Positions 1-12,019 of a stretch of DNA of 64,000 bases are shown here, one piece after another. The notes below the pieces were generated by a model that saw nothing but the letters and a program-made list of their open reading frames with translations, made no database searches and was not told the origin of the DNA. Both the position numbers and the translations under genes were made by a program. Source of the DNA: an uncultured Verrucomicrobiae bacterium (lineage in GTDB: Bacteria; Verrucomicrobiota; Verrucomicrobiia; Chthoniobacterales; JAFAMB01); NCBI GenBank assembly GCA_963813025.1, contig CAWEXO010000008.1, forward strand, positions 256,001 through 320,000, in the 5' to 3' direction. Every line of letters begins with the position of its first letter. Positions within the stretch are counted from its first letter, which is position 1.

Positions 1-631
1 CCACATGATCGATGTCCCTGCCCATCGGACCGACAGTGTCGAGATGCCTGGGTTCGATCGGGAACACGCCTTTGAGGGAGACAAGTCCAAAGGTGGTTTT
101 CAAACCGACGACGCCGCAGCAAGCGGCGGGAACGCGGACGGAGCCTGCCGTATCGGTTCCAAAGGCGACGTTCGCCAAGCCGCTTTGGACGGCCACCGCG
201 GAACCGCTGGATGAGCCTCCGGGGATAAGCTTGCGCCTCCTGCTCATACGATTCCTTGGCGTGCGGAAGTATTCGTTTATTCCGGAAGGGGCAACCGCAA
301 ATTCGCTGAGGTTGGTTTTCCCCACGATTTGCACATTTCGCTCTCGCGAAATTGCCATGCAGGCCGCATCCCTTAAGGCTGGGGGGTTGTTCTTGGAGAC
401 ATATTCCGAACCGGCGGTAGTGACGACACCTTTCATGTCGATCAGATCCTTCACCGCCAGGCGCAGCTGTTTACCTTCCTTAGGACGCGGCCAGTAAGCA
501 ATAAACGCATGATTTCGGGGGCCGTGCGCCGGATGGCTCAACGGAATCGCGCAGCCGCCTAGAAAGACGAACAGCAAAAGCGAGGGCGCCAAAACAAGGT
601 TGAGACACGATCTTGATGCCATTTTCTTCAT
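1..631 (-). CDS. Amidase-signature family protein, predicted lipoprotein (3' end runs off the window)
   Basis: Manual minus-strand translation, absent from the ORF track: MKKMASRSCLNLVLAPSLLLFVFLGGC (lipobox) ... LAVKDLID ... GKTNLSEFA ... PGGSSSGSAVAV ... GTDTAGSVRVPA. The Lys and both Ser motifs of the amidase triad are present. Confidence 0.9.
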   Translation of the reverse strand, partial: MKKMASRSCLNLVLAPSLLLFVFLGGCAIPLSHPAHGPRNHAFIAYWPRPKEGKQLRLAVKDLIDMKGVVTTAGSEYVSKNNPPALRDAACMAISRERNVQIVGKTNLSEFAVAPSGINEYFRTPRNRMSRRRKLIPGGSSSGSAVAVQSGLANVAFGTDTAGSVRVPAACCGVVGLKTTFGLVSLKGVFPIEPRHLDTVGPMGRDIDHV

Positions 632-696
632 TAAATCTTGTCGGCGTGAGACGCGACCTCGCTCGATCGTGTCCAAACCTTATTTTGGCGCCCTCG

Positions 697-2691
697 CTAG
701 CATGACGCATTCTCAAGAGTCGTTCCGTTACTGGTCCAAGCAGGCACGTCCGCTAATTCCTGGCGGATGAACAGATGATGCCAGAGTTGAGTTGCCACGA
801 CCGCGACTAAACCCATTTCCACCGACAAGCGCTGCAGAGAACCCATCCGCATTTCGCGAAAAGCCCGCCGCCAAAAATGCACCGCCGCGACGTCAAAATA
901 TCCGGTGCGCTGCAACGAGTCCTCGCTCAAAAGCTGAGCGACAAACGGCGGCTCAGGTTGGATATGAAAACTGTCCAGGGGAGCGCGGAAAATGACTTTT
1001 CGCCGACGATATACCGATGGTGGCACCCAGCGTTCCGCTAAAAGGCGCAGCAGGTGCTTGTCCCGAAACCCTCGAAGCTTCCAACGTGGATCCACTGTAG
1101 CCAAAAAACTGAAGACTTCCTCATCGAGGAACGGATATCTCACTTCCACCGAAGAGTTCATCGCTACGCGATCCCCTTTAGCCTGGAGCAGATGCCCAGC
1201 CAGGGTGACGCGGGCCGCGACCCAGATACCTCGGTTCAGCGGGTGCCAGCGTTTGGCCCGCTCCAGCGGCATTTGCAGATCAGTCCACGGATTGGTGTTC
1301 TTCAGGACTTCTCTCATCGGCGCAGCGTAAAAGCGAAGCTTTGAGAGACCAAGCAGTCCATAAGCATCGATCCAGGCGTTGGGACCGCCGACGGATTCCT
1401 CCACGCTGCGCCGAAAGTCCTTCGGATATTGCGGCACTCGGTGCAATCGAAGATAGGCGCGGCGGAGCTGATCGCTGAGCCGCAATCCAGGAATGAGATC
1501 CAGGAAACCGAGTGCCTTGGCCGCCTTATACCACGGATAACCGACCAGCCATTCGTCAGCCCCTTCACCCGTGAGAACTACCTTCTGCCCGCAGGAATGA
1601 ACACGCTGCGCCAATAGCAGCAAAGCAGCGCAGGAGGTGTCGACGACAGGCGCCTCTGCCGCGTGGATCAGTTGAGGATAGGTGTTCAGCGCGTCATCGG
1701 CGCGGAATTTCTGGACGATTGGAGGCTTCGTGCCGATGTGTCGAGCCACGAGGTTGGCCGCGTCAAGCTCGTCGAGCTCGGGCGCCTCAACGCGGACCGT
1801 GTAAGTATTAATCGCCGGACCCTTGAGATGACAGGCGAGGGCTGTGATGATGCTCGAGTCGACACCACCTGATAAATAGGAACCTACTGGCACATCGGCC
1901 CGGAGACGCTTCCCGACCGCCTGTAGCATCAGCTGCTCGAAACGATCCACCAGAGCGCGCGGGTTCGCGCCAGGGTCTTCGTCGCCGCGGTCCGGAAAAT
2001 CCATTTCCCAATACGCATGTTCACTGACGACCGACGGAGTACCGGCATCGTTCCCCGGAACTATCTGCAAGTAACGCCCCGGAGGCAGCAGCTGCACGCC
2101 TTCGAAGCATGTCGTCGGAGCGGGCAGTGCAGAAAACGTAAAAATATGATCAATGCCGCGCAGATCGGGTCGCGCCGAGACCATGCCGGAAGCAAGCAGG
2201 CCCTTGATTTCAGACGCGAAGAGGAGCCACTCCCCTTGACGAGTCCAATAAAGCGGACAGATACCGAAACGATCGCGCCCGAGCACTAAACGCCGGCGGC
2301 GCTCATCCCACAACGCCAGGGCGAACTGGCCGCGGAGGCGCTCAAACATGGCTTCCTGGCACTCTTCCCAGAGATGCGGGACAATTTCGGTATCGCAATG
2401 CGTGACCAACCGGTGTCCGCGCTCTTCCAGGGCCGCCCTTTGCTCAGGATAATCAAAGAACTCGCCGTTAAATACTACGAATATGCTGCGGTCTTCATTC
2501 GTAACGGGCTGCTGGCCATCCGCCAAGCCCACGATACTGAGGCGTCGAGACCCCAGAGCCAGGCCGGGACGTTGAAAGTAGCCCTCCTCATCAGGACCAC
2601 GGTGAAATATCGCCTGCGCCATCCGTTGGATAATGCCATCCGCGATGGAGCGGTGTCCGGACAGATCCACAATGCCTGCAATACCACACAT
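697..2691 (-). CDS. asnB: Asparagine synthase (glutamine-hydrolysing)-like amidotransferase
   Basis: N-terminal MCGIAG nucleophile Cys, HRGPD, FNGE, RDRFG, LSGGVDSS, TGEGADE, EVRYPFLD. Confidence 0.93.
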   Translation of the reverse strand: MCGIAGIVDLSGHRSIADGIIQRMAQAIFHRGPDEEGYFQRPGLALGSRRLSIVGLADGQQPVTNEDRSIFVVFNGEFFDYPEQRAALEERGHRLVTHCDTEIVPHLWEECQEAMFERLRGQFALALWDERRRRLVLGRDRFGICPLYWTRQGEWLLFASEIKGLLASGMVSARPDLRGIDHIFTFSALPAPTTCFEGVQLLPPGRYLQIVPGNDAGTPSVVSEHAYWEMDFPDRGDEDPGANPRALVDRFEQLMLQAVGKRLRADVPVGSYLSGGVDSSIITALACHLKGPAINTYTVRVEAPELDELDAANLVARHIGTKPPIVQKFRADDALNTYPQLIHAAEAPVVDTSCAALLLLAQRVHSCGQKVVLTGEGADEWLVGYPWYKAAKALGFLDLIPGLRLSDQLRRAYLRLHRVPQYPKDFRRSVEESVGGPNAWIDAYGLLGLSKLRFYAAPMREVLKNTNPWTDLQMPLERAKRWHPLNRGIWVAARVTLAGHLLQAKGDRVAMNSSVEVRYPFLDEEVFSFLATVDPRWKLRGFRDKHLLRLLAERWVPPSVYRRRKVIFRAPLDSFHIQPEPPFVAQLLSEDSLQRTGYFDVAAVHFWRRAFREMRMGSLQRLSVEMGLVAVVATQLWHHLFIRQELADVPAWTSNGTTLENASC

Positions 2692-2884
2692 GCCAGTCAG
2701 CTTTAGTCCATGGCAGGCCGGTCAAACAATCGCTTTTTTTTGCCTGGTTCCATTCAATTGCACCGGACCGGAACGAGGCCCGAGAAATGAGAACTCCAAA
2801 AAAAGACCGATTTTGTTGGCGAAAACCGTAATGTCGTGGTCACTATCCGCACTGTTTTGCACGCTTCAGCCACTCAGGACAACA

Positions 2885-2920
2885 TTGACTTGTCCCACGC
2901 GAAATTTGTACCCATATAAT
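2885..2920 (+). promoter_or_regulatory. Possible sigma70-type promoter of the PKS operon in the divergent intergenic region
   Basis: Perfect TATAAT at 2915-2920; TTGTCC at 2890-2895 (19-nt spacer) or TTGACT at 2885-2890 (spacer too long). Confidence 0.35.
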
Positions 2921-2954
2921 CCTCCGCTCGCGTCACGCGACGCTAACCCCTTCT

Positions 2955-5900
2955 ATGCCCAAAGATCGTATCGCAATCATCGGAATTGGCTGCCGTTTCC
3001 CCGGCGGGGTGAATGACCCAGAGTCATTCTGGAAACTGCTCGTAGAGGGACGCGAGGCCGTGGGTGATGTGCCGCCTGACCGGTGGAACATCGAACGATT
3101 TTTCGATGCGGAGCCGGATCTGCCGGGAAAATCGATTGCTCGACGTGGCGGATTTTTGGAGGACATCGATCAGTTCGACCCGCAGTTTTTCGGAATCTCG
3201 CCGCGGGAAGCGCCCTACGTAGATCCACAGCACCGATTGCTGCTGGAGACAGCTTGGGAAGCGATCGAGGACGCCGGCGTGGTCCTCGATCTTGAGCGCG
3301 GGACCGACCTGGCCGTGTTTGTCGGAATTTCGCACAACGAATATCAGGGAATTCAGAGTACCCCGTTTGATCATTCCGGCATCGGTCCGCACTCGCCCAC
3401 TGGCTGCGCACACAGTATTGCGGCCAACCGCATCTCCTATTGCCTCAATCTGCGCGGCGCGAGCGTCGCGATGGATACTGCCTGTTCGTCCGCGCTGACG
3501 GCAGTGCATGCGGCATGCGAACACATTCGGGGGGGCCGAGGCGATGCGGCGCTGGCCGGCGGAGTCACAGTGATGATTACGCCCGGAGGATTCATCGGCT
3601 TTTCTCAAGCCTCGATGCTGTCTCCGGAGGGTCGATGCAAGGCGTTCGATGCTTCGGCCGATGGTTTCGTTCGTGGCGAAGGCGCTGGCATGGTGCTCCT
3701 CAAGCGGCTATCACAGGCTTTAGCGGACGGGGACCCCATCCACGGAGTGATTATTGGCACCGCTCTCAACCAGGACGGCCGCACCAATGGAATGTCGCTC
3801 CCCAGCGCCCGAGCGCAGGCGTCGCTGGTGCGCGATGCATGCGCAGACGCCGGAGTTTCTCCATCCGAAATCGGATTTGTCGAAGCTCACGGCACCGGGA
3901 CAGCGGTGGGAGATCCGATCGAGGCCCACGCGCTTTCCGAGGCACTTTGCCAAGATCGTTCGCCCGAAGCGCCGCTACTCGTCGGCTCGGTGAAGACGAA
4001 CCTCGGCCACCTCGAAACGGCCGCAGGGCTCGCGGGTCTGCTCAAGGCGCTGCTGGCGTTAAAGCACAGGTGTATTCCGGCCAGCTTGCACTTCGAAACA
4101 CCCAACCCGAACATCGATTTCGTCGCTCTGAAACTCCGGGTGTCTACATCTCTGGAGCCCTTTCCAGAGACGGATGGTCCGCGCCTGGCGGGCGTCAATT
4201 CTTTCGGCTTCGGGGGTGCCAATGCGCATGTCGTTCTCATGGAACCGCCATCGCGTCCACAGCACGAACACTTGGAAGCCCACACAGAGCGCGCTTGGCC
4301 GTTGGTGCTCTCTGCTCGATCGGACGAATCCCTGCGTTCTTCGGCGATGCGCCTTGCTGCCTGGGCGGATGAGCGATCAAAAACGAACGGCAGCTCGCCC
4401 GTTCTGCCGGATCTGGCTTATACGTTAGGCGCCAGACGGAACCATCATCCGTATCGGCTCACCCTGGTCGCCCAGTCACTCGCGGAGGCGGTCCACGAAC
4501 TCACGAGCTTCGCAATTGCCCAACAAGCTTCCAAAACGCGGATGGCCTTCGCTCCTCGTCCAGCAAGCCCGCCGCGCGTCGCATTCGTGCTGAATGGACA
4601 GGGTCCGCAATGGTGGGGAATGGGTCGCGAACTGATGCAGCACGAGCCGCTGTTCCGGCAAACTATAGAGCGCTGTGATGCCGCGATGCGCCCTTACGCG
4701 CGATTTTCACTGGCCGAAGAGCTTGGCCGCACCGAGCAAGACTCGCAACTGCATCGCACGGAAATTGCCCAGCCGGCAATTTTCGCGATGCAGGTTGGGC
4801 TGGCCGAACTATGGAAATCCTGGGGTGTTCAGCCGGCAGCAGTCGTTGGCCACAGCGTTGGTGAGGTGGCAGCAGCGTTCATCGCGGGAGTGCTTGGTCT
4901 GGACGAGGCGGCCAGGGTGATCGTGATGCGGGCACGATTCATGAACGGTTGCGCGCAAGGCGAGGGAACGATGCTGGCGGTCGGCCTGGACGAGACTGCC
5001 GCACGGGCGCTCATTTCGCGGCATGACCGCGCCGTAACGATCGCGGCGTTTAACGGACCTCGCACGCTCACCTTAGCTGGATCCCGACTTTCACTGGAAT
5101 CAATCGCCGCCGAGCTCGAATGCGAGGGGGTTTTCGTGCGGTTTGTTCGAGTAGACCATCCCTTTCATCATCCTCTAATGCGGCCCGCTTCCGAGACCTT
5201 GGAAGAAGGATTGGCCGATCTGACGCCTCAGGCAGAAACCATTCCGTTCTTTAGCACCGTCACCGGCCGGCAGTGCCCGGGAACAGCATGCGTCGCCGCT
5301 CACTGGGGGCGAGGTGTGCGGCAGCCAGTCCAGTTCGCGTCTGCCATCAATGCGTTGATCGATTCGGGCGTCGACGTATGGCTGGAAATCGGCGCGCAGC
5401 CCGCACTCGTCCACTCGATTCAGGAATGCCTTCTTGCGCGTGGCGCCAAAGCGCCGGTGCTGGCTTCGATTCGCCGGGAACGCGAGCATGAGTCCCTGCT
5501 CGAGACTGCGATGGACCTGCACCGCTGTTGCGTCGCATTGGATTTTGCAAAGATGGTGCCACCTCGGCGGCTGCTCTCACTGCCGACTTATGCTTGGGAC
5601 AAGAGCCGCTGGTGGCATGAGTCCAGCGACTGGCTCGAAGCCCGCTTAGGATCAGGGGGCCGCGGACTGCTCGATGTGCGGTTGCCGCAGGCCAGGCCAA
5701 CCTGGATAGCGCGGCTGGATGGGCGCCACATGGTCTTCCTAAAGGACCACAAAGTCGAGAATCTAGTCGTGTTTCCAGCAGCAGCCTTCGTCGAAATGGT
5801 ACTCGAAGCCGGAGTGCAATTATTCAACGAACAGCCTTTCGTCGTTGAAGACTTTGAAATTCGCAAACCGCTCATCCTGCCGGATCCAGTTTCAGGGGTT

Positions 5901-8900
5901 CACCTCGAGTTGTCCTACGACCCGAATGAGCGCACGTTTTCGGTCCACAGCAAGTTGCACGAGGGCGCAACGTGGTCGCTTCACGTGGTCGGCTCAATGC
6001 GTGGCGACCGGACCGAGACGGGCTTCGGGTCGTCAACCTGGGATTACGAAAAGCAAATCGCTTTCCAACCGGTAGAAACGGAGGCTTTCTACCGTCACCT
6101 CAGCGAAATGGGACTTTGCTACGGAGATGAGTTCCGGCCCATCCGAGAGCTCTCAGCCGCGAATGGCCAGTCCGCCGGTCGAGTCTCTTTGTCCGAGACA
6201 ATCACCGGCCGCGCGAGTGGTTATTCACTTCATCCCGTTCTCCTTGACGGGTCACTGCAAATCTTCTCGGCAGCGGCTGCGACGGTCGAGGATCGCGGGG
6301 GCCGCCTGAAACTGCCCGTCCGCTTGGCCAAAATTCTGTTTCTCCGGTGCCCGGGAGCCTCCAGCCTGGTGCACGCCAGCGTGCAACAGTGCAATACCGA
6401 GTACGTTGAAGGCAGACTTGAATTGTATGATGGGGCGGGAAAGCCTTGTGTGCTCGTGGATGGTTTTCGTGCGATCAGCATAGCGGGATCCCATCGAGGA
6501 GGCATGGCGGGAGCAAGCCGTAACGTACTCTACCACCTGGCGTGGGAACGAACGCCTGTCGCTCGGCGCTCGTCTTCTCCGGAGCCGGTACCATTGGATC
6601 GGATACGACAAGCGGCACAGAGTGCGTTGGACGAGGTGATCGCCATGCGAGGCCGAACCGAGCTTCAGCATGCGCTGGCGGCTGGGGAGGATCTCGCGGC
6701 TGCGCAACTCGCCCGCGGTTTGCGGGAAATGGCAGCGTTGACCGGATCGGGCAGCGAGTTCACGGCAGATGCTCTCCGAGTGGCGGAACCAATGCGACCC
6801 ATATTCGAGCGGCTCATCGCTCGCATCGCGAAGCGCGGCTGGCTCGAAAAAGACGGTGACAGTTATCGGCCGACAGCCTCTTTTGCGAGCGCCGCGGACT
6901 CCGCCCAAGCGATGCTGCGCGCATATATCTCGAGTTATCCCGGACATTTGTCCGAAGGCCTGCTCTGCGCCGCAAATTGTGCCGAGCTCGGTCCTATCCT
7001 GCGCGGCGAGAAGGATGCTGTGCAGGTATTATTCGCCGGGACTTCGGCCGAGTTATTGGACCAGTTCTATGGCGAGGGCATTTACACAAGCCCGTGGCTG
7101 GCGGCGATCGCCGCAGCCGTGCAGGAAGCTGCGCGTCACCTGCCGAAAGGCCGCGGACTGCGAATCCTTGAAGTCGGCGCCGGCACCGGAGGATTGACGG
7201 CTCACGTTCTGCCGCTCATCGATCACGAGTTACATTCGTACACCTTCAGTGATGTCTCTGCCGCATTTTTCAACGGCGCTATGCAGAAGCTGGCTGGATT
7301 CCCCGGTGTGGAATACAAAATTTTTGATCTCGAGAAGCCGGGCGTTGTGCAGGGCTTCGAGGCTGCCGCATTCGATTTAATCATCGGCACCAATGTATTG
7401 CATGCGGTGAGCAACGTGCGCCTGACGCTAAGGCATATTCACGAATTGCTCGCACCGGGCGGGACCTTAGTATTCATGGATCTTGCTAATCCACAACTGT
7501 GGACGGAAGCGGTGTTCGGTCTCACGACGGGCTGGTGGCGGTTTACCGATCGGGATTTGCGTCCGTTTCATCCGTTACTGGAACGCTCCCAATGGGAGGC
7601 CGTTCTCCGAGAGACAGGATTCGAGGAAACCGCTTCTTTGCCCGGTCTGCTTAGTGCGGAAGGTGAGGGTCAGATCGGTCTCCTCGCGCGCAAGTCCTGG
7701 CACAGCTCCGGTGCCGCCGCGTTTGCCTCCGGGGAGACAGTTCAGAAGGTTCCAGCGGAGAAGTCGTGGCTCATTTTCGCGGACTCCACTGGTCTAGGCG
7801 ATCAACTGGCTTTCGAACTGCGCGCGGCGGGCGTCAGCGCCCGTATTGCGCGGCCGGGTAATCATTTTGCGCAGGATGGGACCGACGCATTCTTCCTGCG
7901 TGCGGAGGCGCTCGAGGATTGGAAGCAGCTCCTTCAGAAATGCGCGGACGACGCTCCTCCGGAACGTGTTGTTTACCTGTGGAGTTTGGACTTGCCGCGA
8001 CAAGGCGCTGACGCGTTGATGGGCACCGATTCGTTGCTCCATCTCGTCCAGGTACTCGATGAGATCGACCGCTCGAAAAAATTGCGTATCGACCTGGTGA
8101 CGCGTGGCGCGCAACCGGCGGACGGAGCAATCAATGCGAGCGGGGTGGCGCAAGCAGCAGTCATTGGATTGCTACGGGTCATCCTGAATGAGTATCCCAA
8201 CTTCTCTGGACGCGGAATCGACCTGCCTCCCGAACCCTCGCCGGCTGATCTTTCCTTGCTTTGGAGTGAACTGCTAGCTGACGATTCGGAGCGTGAAACA
8301 TCATTCCGCGGCGAAGCCCGATACGTTCAGCGCCTCGCTCGCGGTCGATCCTCCCACTTGGAATCCCTCGATCCCGCAGTGCCACTGCGACTCGAGTCTC
8401 GCGAACGCGGACATCTCGACACGCTGGGGTTCAAAGCTTTCGGCCTTCCAGCCTGCGAGCCCGGCGAAGTGCTGATCCAAGTGAAAGCTGCCGGAATGAA
8501 TTTCCGCGACGTGCTGAAGGCGCTCGCGCTCTATCCTGGTGAGGCGCCGGATGCACGTATCTTCGGCGATGAGGTGGCCGGCATCGTTCAGGCCGTCGGC
8601 CGAGATGTTGATCATGTAGCACCGGGGGACAGGGTGTTCGGCCTGGCCGTTTTCGGGCTCGCTACCCATGCACTTGCAAGAGGGGGCGACGTACGCCGCA
8701 TTCCCGGCCGGACTATCGTTCGAACAGGCGGCCACCTTGCCGGTTGTTTTCATGACAGCCTGGCACGCGCTGCAGAATGTCGCGCGGATGCAGAAGGGTG
8801 AGCGTATCCTCGTCCATGCGGGCGCCGGCGGCGTTGGAATGGCGGCAATCCAGATCGCGCATCATCTTGGAGCGGAGGTCATCGCGACAGCCGGCAGCGT

Positions 8901-10650
8901 GACCAAACGCTCCCTGCTGGAGACGCTGGGCGTGAAGCACGTGATTGACTCGCGCCGCGCTGATTTTACGGATGCCGTGATGGAATTAACCGGTAGGCGC
9001 GGCGTAGACGTAGTTCTCAATGCGCTCGCCGCAGAAGCGATTCCGATGGGGCTTTCCTGTCTCGCGGAATTCGGCCGCTTCATCGAAATCGGCAAACGCG
9101 ACATCTATCAGAATTCCCGGATCCCTCTCTGGCCGCTACGTCGTAACGCATCGCTTCACGTCGTTGCTATGGATGCTGTCTTTTCCGGCGATGAGGCCCT
9201 AACCCGACAGATGCTGGAGGAAATATCTCGAGCTCGTCGAACGAGGCGCCTTCTGTCCGCTCCCGTTCCGCTCGTTTCCTGCGTGCCGCGTTGACGCGGC
9301 GTTCCGCCTTATGGCGCAGGGCAAACACATCGGGAAAGTCGTCGTCACATTTCCCGAAGCGTTTCTTCCTCGCCGCGGAGAAGCACTGGCCCCGTCACTC
9401 GAAATTGACCCGGAGGGCTGCTACTTGATCACTGGGGCTTTCGGCGGCTTCGGGAGAGTGCTGGCGCAATGGCTGGTCGAGTCCGGTGCTCGCCATCTTG
9501 TGCTCACTAGCCGCGGGGGTGCGAGCTGCGCCAGATGCGCAGACATTCGTGGAAATCCTGCGCAATCGCGGCATCGATGTGAGAGCGGTGCAGGCGGATA
9601 TTGGCTCACCTGAAGACGTGGCGCGGCTGGTAGCGGACATTCGGTCAGCCGGTCGCCGACTGCGGGGGCTGTTCCACCTGGCGATGGTGATCGACGATGC
9701 GCCGCTTGTTTCACTCACCCGCGAGCGAATGCGAAGCGTACTGGCCCCGAAGGCGTATGGTGCATGGTTACTCCACGAGGCCACACGCGACCTCGAACTG
9801 GACTGCTTCGTTATGTTCTCGTCGGTGTCGAGCATCTTTGGCAATCCGGCGCAAGGCAACTATGCTGCCGCCAACGCGTTCCTGGACTCGCTGGCTCATC
9901 ACCGCCGCGGCTTGAGTCTCCCCGCTCTTACGATCAACTGGGGGGTCCTGGGTGGTGAAGGTTATGTCGCCCGCAACGAGCGCGTCGCCGAATTCCTCGC
10001 GCGACAAGGAACTAGTGAACTCTCGCCGCGCGAAGTGATGGGGTTAATGGAATCATCCCTCAAGGCAGGCACTACGCAGGTGATGGCGATCCGCGTCGAT
10101 TGGACCAAGTGGCGGCAGTTTTTCCGCGGCATGCAGGAGAAGCCCTTGTTGCAAACGTATTTTTGCCGCTGTCGAAGGCCAGGAGACGGCTGGCGCGAAC
10201 AATGATTATCGTCTCAAGATCGAATCGGCAGCGCCGGAAGAATTGGAAGACATCATCGGCCAAGCGGTGCGTGATGCCGTCGGCTCGGTGCTGCGCGTGA
10301 AACCTGAGACGCTGCGCGACGATCAGCCGCTCACCGACCTGGGACTGGATTCGCTCATGGGCGTCGAAATCGAAAACTCGCTTGAGACATCGCTCGGCGT
10401 GGCGCTGGCGCCAGCCAGCTTGACCCGGGCTCGAACGATCGGTCAGATCGTTTCCTTGATCGCAGAGTACATGGGCGCAAAAAGGACCGGAGGAAGAAAC
10501 GCGACAAACGCTGCAACCGCGACAGCTCCGATGCCCGCCTCCGCTGGAGAGGTAGACTTGGAAGCGCTTTCCGATGAGGAGATCGCCGGGTTGCTTGGCA
10601 ATGAAGCGGCCTCAGAGAGCGCGCCTGACTCCCGGAGCGCGGCGCGGTGA
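2955..10650 (+). CDS. Type I highly reducing PKS, KS-AT-DH-cMT-ER-KR-ACP, split by about 4 single-base frameshifts (~8706, ~9228, ~9525, ~10155)
   Basis: KS DTACSS/EAHGTGT/GHLE; AT GQGPQW, GHSVG, HPFH; DH HKVENLVVFP and LLDGSLQ; cMT LEVGAGTGG and NVLH; ER HAGAGGVG; KR TGAFGGFG, VIDD, NYAAAN; ACP LGLDSL. ORFs 2955-8801, 8668-9294, 9311-9613, 9486-10205 and 10243-10650 join colinearly. Confidence 0.92.
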
Positions 10651-12019
10651 GTGGAGTCCCGGATGTCCGCAGATAAACGCGCCGCGTTTAAGCAGTGGCT
10701 GGAAAGTGGAAAAGCGCTTCTTCAACCTTTGACCTTTCCGCAACGGGAATTATGGGAGACATCGCCGGTGGCCGTCACGGACGTGGCGAACCATATCTGC
10801 TGCCTCATTCAGGTCAGGGGCGTCATTACGCCACGGGCGTGCGAGGCTGCGCTTCGGCGAGTCGTGGAGCGGCAGGAGGTGTTGCGACTCTCCTTCCTGC
10901 CTGGCAAAGACCGGCCAGTACAAATGATTCGTCAGAGCAGTGACGCCAATTTCCGCTTTCGCGAGCTTTCATCCGTGAAGGCGCGCTACGAGCCGGTCGA
11001 AGCGCTCGCGACAGAGATTTTTCGGGAGCCATTCGATCTCGTGCGAGGACCACTTTACCGAACTGAGATGCTCAGGCGAAGCGCCGACTGATCATGTGCT
11101 GGTCTGTAGCGATTCATCATGCCATTGCCGATGGCTGGTCGCTGGGTGTTTTTGTCCAGGATCTGTGCGTTGCTTATGTGCAAGGGATCGTCCGTCCGCA
11201 CGAGAGCCTTCCGCCCTTGCCTCTCACCTATACGGCTTGGGGTGCAGCCGAACGCGGGTTCTGGCAGCCATCGGAGCTAGAGCGCCGCGCCGGTTTCTGG
11301 AAATCCAAACTCGCTGGAAGAAAGCGTCTCTGGAATGCTTTGGAAAAACCAGGGACCGCCACGGGTGCGCCTGAGCGGTATGTCTCTCATCTTCCGGCCG
11401 ACCTGGCCGACTCGGCGCGGGAAGTGGCTCGCACGACGAGCGCCACGCTCTTTAGCACATTGCTGGCCGCCTTTCAGGTCACGCTTTCTTTCTGGACAGG
11501 CGAACAGGACATCCTGGTCGGTACCCCCGTCGCGAATCGGACAAAGCAGGCGGTGCGGGAAACAATGGGCTATTTCGCCGATATTGTGCCTCTCCGCGGT
11601 CAAGTGGATGTCGGATCGCCCATTCTCCGATCAGCCTCCGGGCGGTGCAGCAAGCGACGGTAGATTGTTTCGCGAACGCTATGCCATTTGCTGAACTTGT
11701 TTCCGCGCTCGGGGACCGGCCGGCTCGGGGGTATAATCCCGTTTTTGAAGTCCGTTTCGCGCTGCAAAACTATCCCGTTCCTGACGTAGCGCTGCACGGA
11801 TTGTCCGCGCAGCTCAGGATGTGCTCGACCGGTACTGCTCGCTTCCATCTTGGATGCGAAATCACGGTAGTGCCGGACGGGCTGGAGATCGTCTGGCTTT
11901 TCCGGACTGTTCCCTCTAGCGGAAATCGAAAACCTGGCTACCTGTTCCAGGGTGTGTTGGCAGCCGCTTGTCGCTCACCGGAAAGTCGGATATGCGCCCT
12001 AAGGCGCGAAATGCGATGA
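10651..12019 (+). CDS. Stand-alone condensation (C) domain protein with frameshifts at ~11088-11105 and ~11610-11640
   Basis: PLTFPQRELW, RQEVLRLSF, PFDLVRGPLYR, catalytic HHAIADG, DILVGTPVANR, MPFAELV; no A or T domain follows. Confidence 0.88.

Noticed and set aside
5..716. Track ORFs 5-214, 12-497 and 480-716
   Set aside because: Shadows of the minus-strand amidase frame
2977..8753. Many overlapping ORFs inside the PKS, e.g. 3440-4372 and 6252-6947
   Set aside because: Arg/Ala-rich alternative-frame ORFs typical of high-GC coding DNA, with no motifs
8700..10160. Programmed frameshifting or a genuinely split multi-gene PKS
   Set aside because: Breaks fall inside domains, with no slippery heptamers or credible internal starts
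10648..10653. Stop read-through fusing PKS and C domain (TGA directly followed by in-frame GTG, LovB-like)
   Set aside because: Docking-like helices on both sides favour two proteins; not fully excluded
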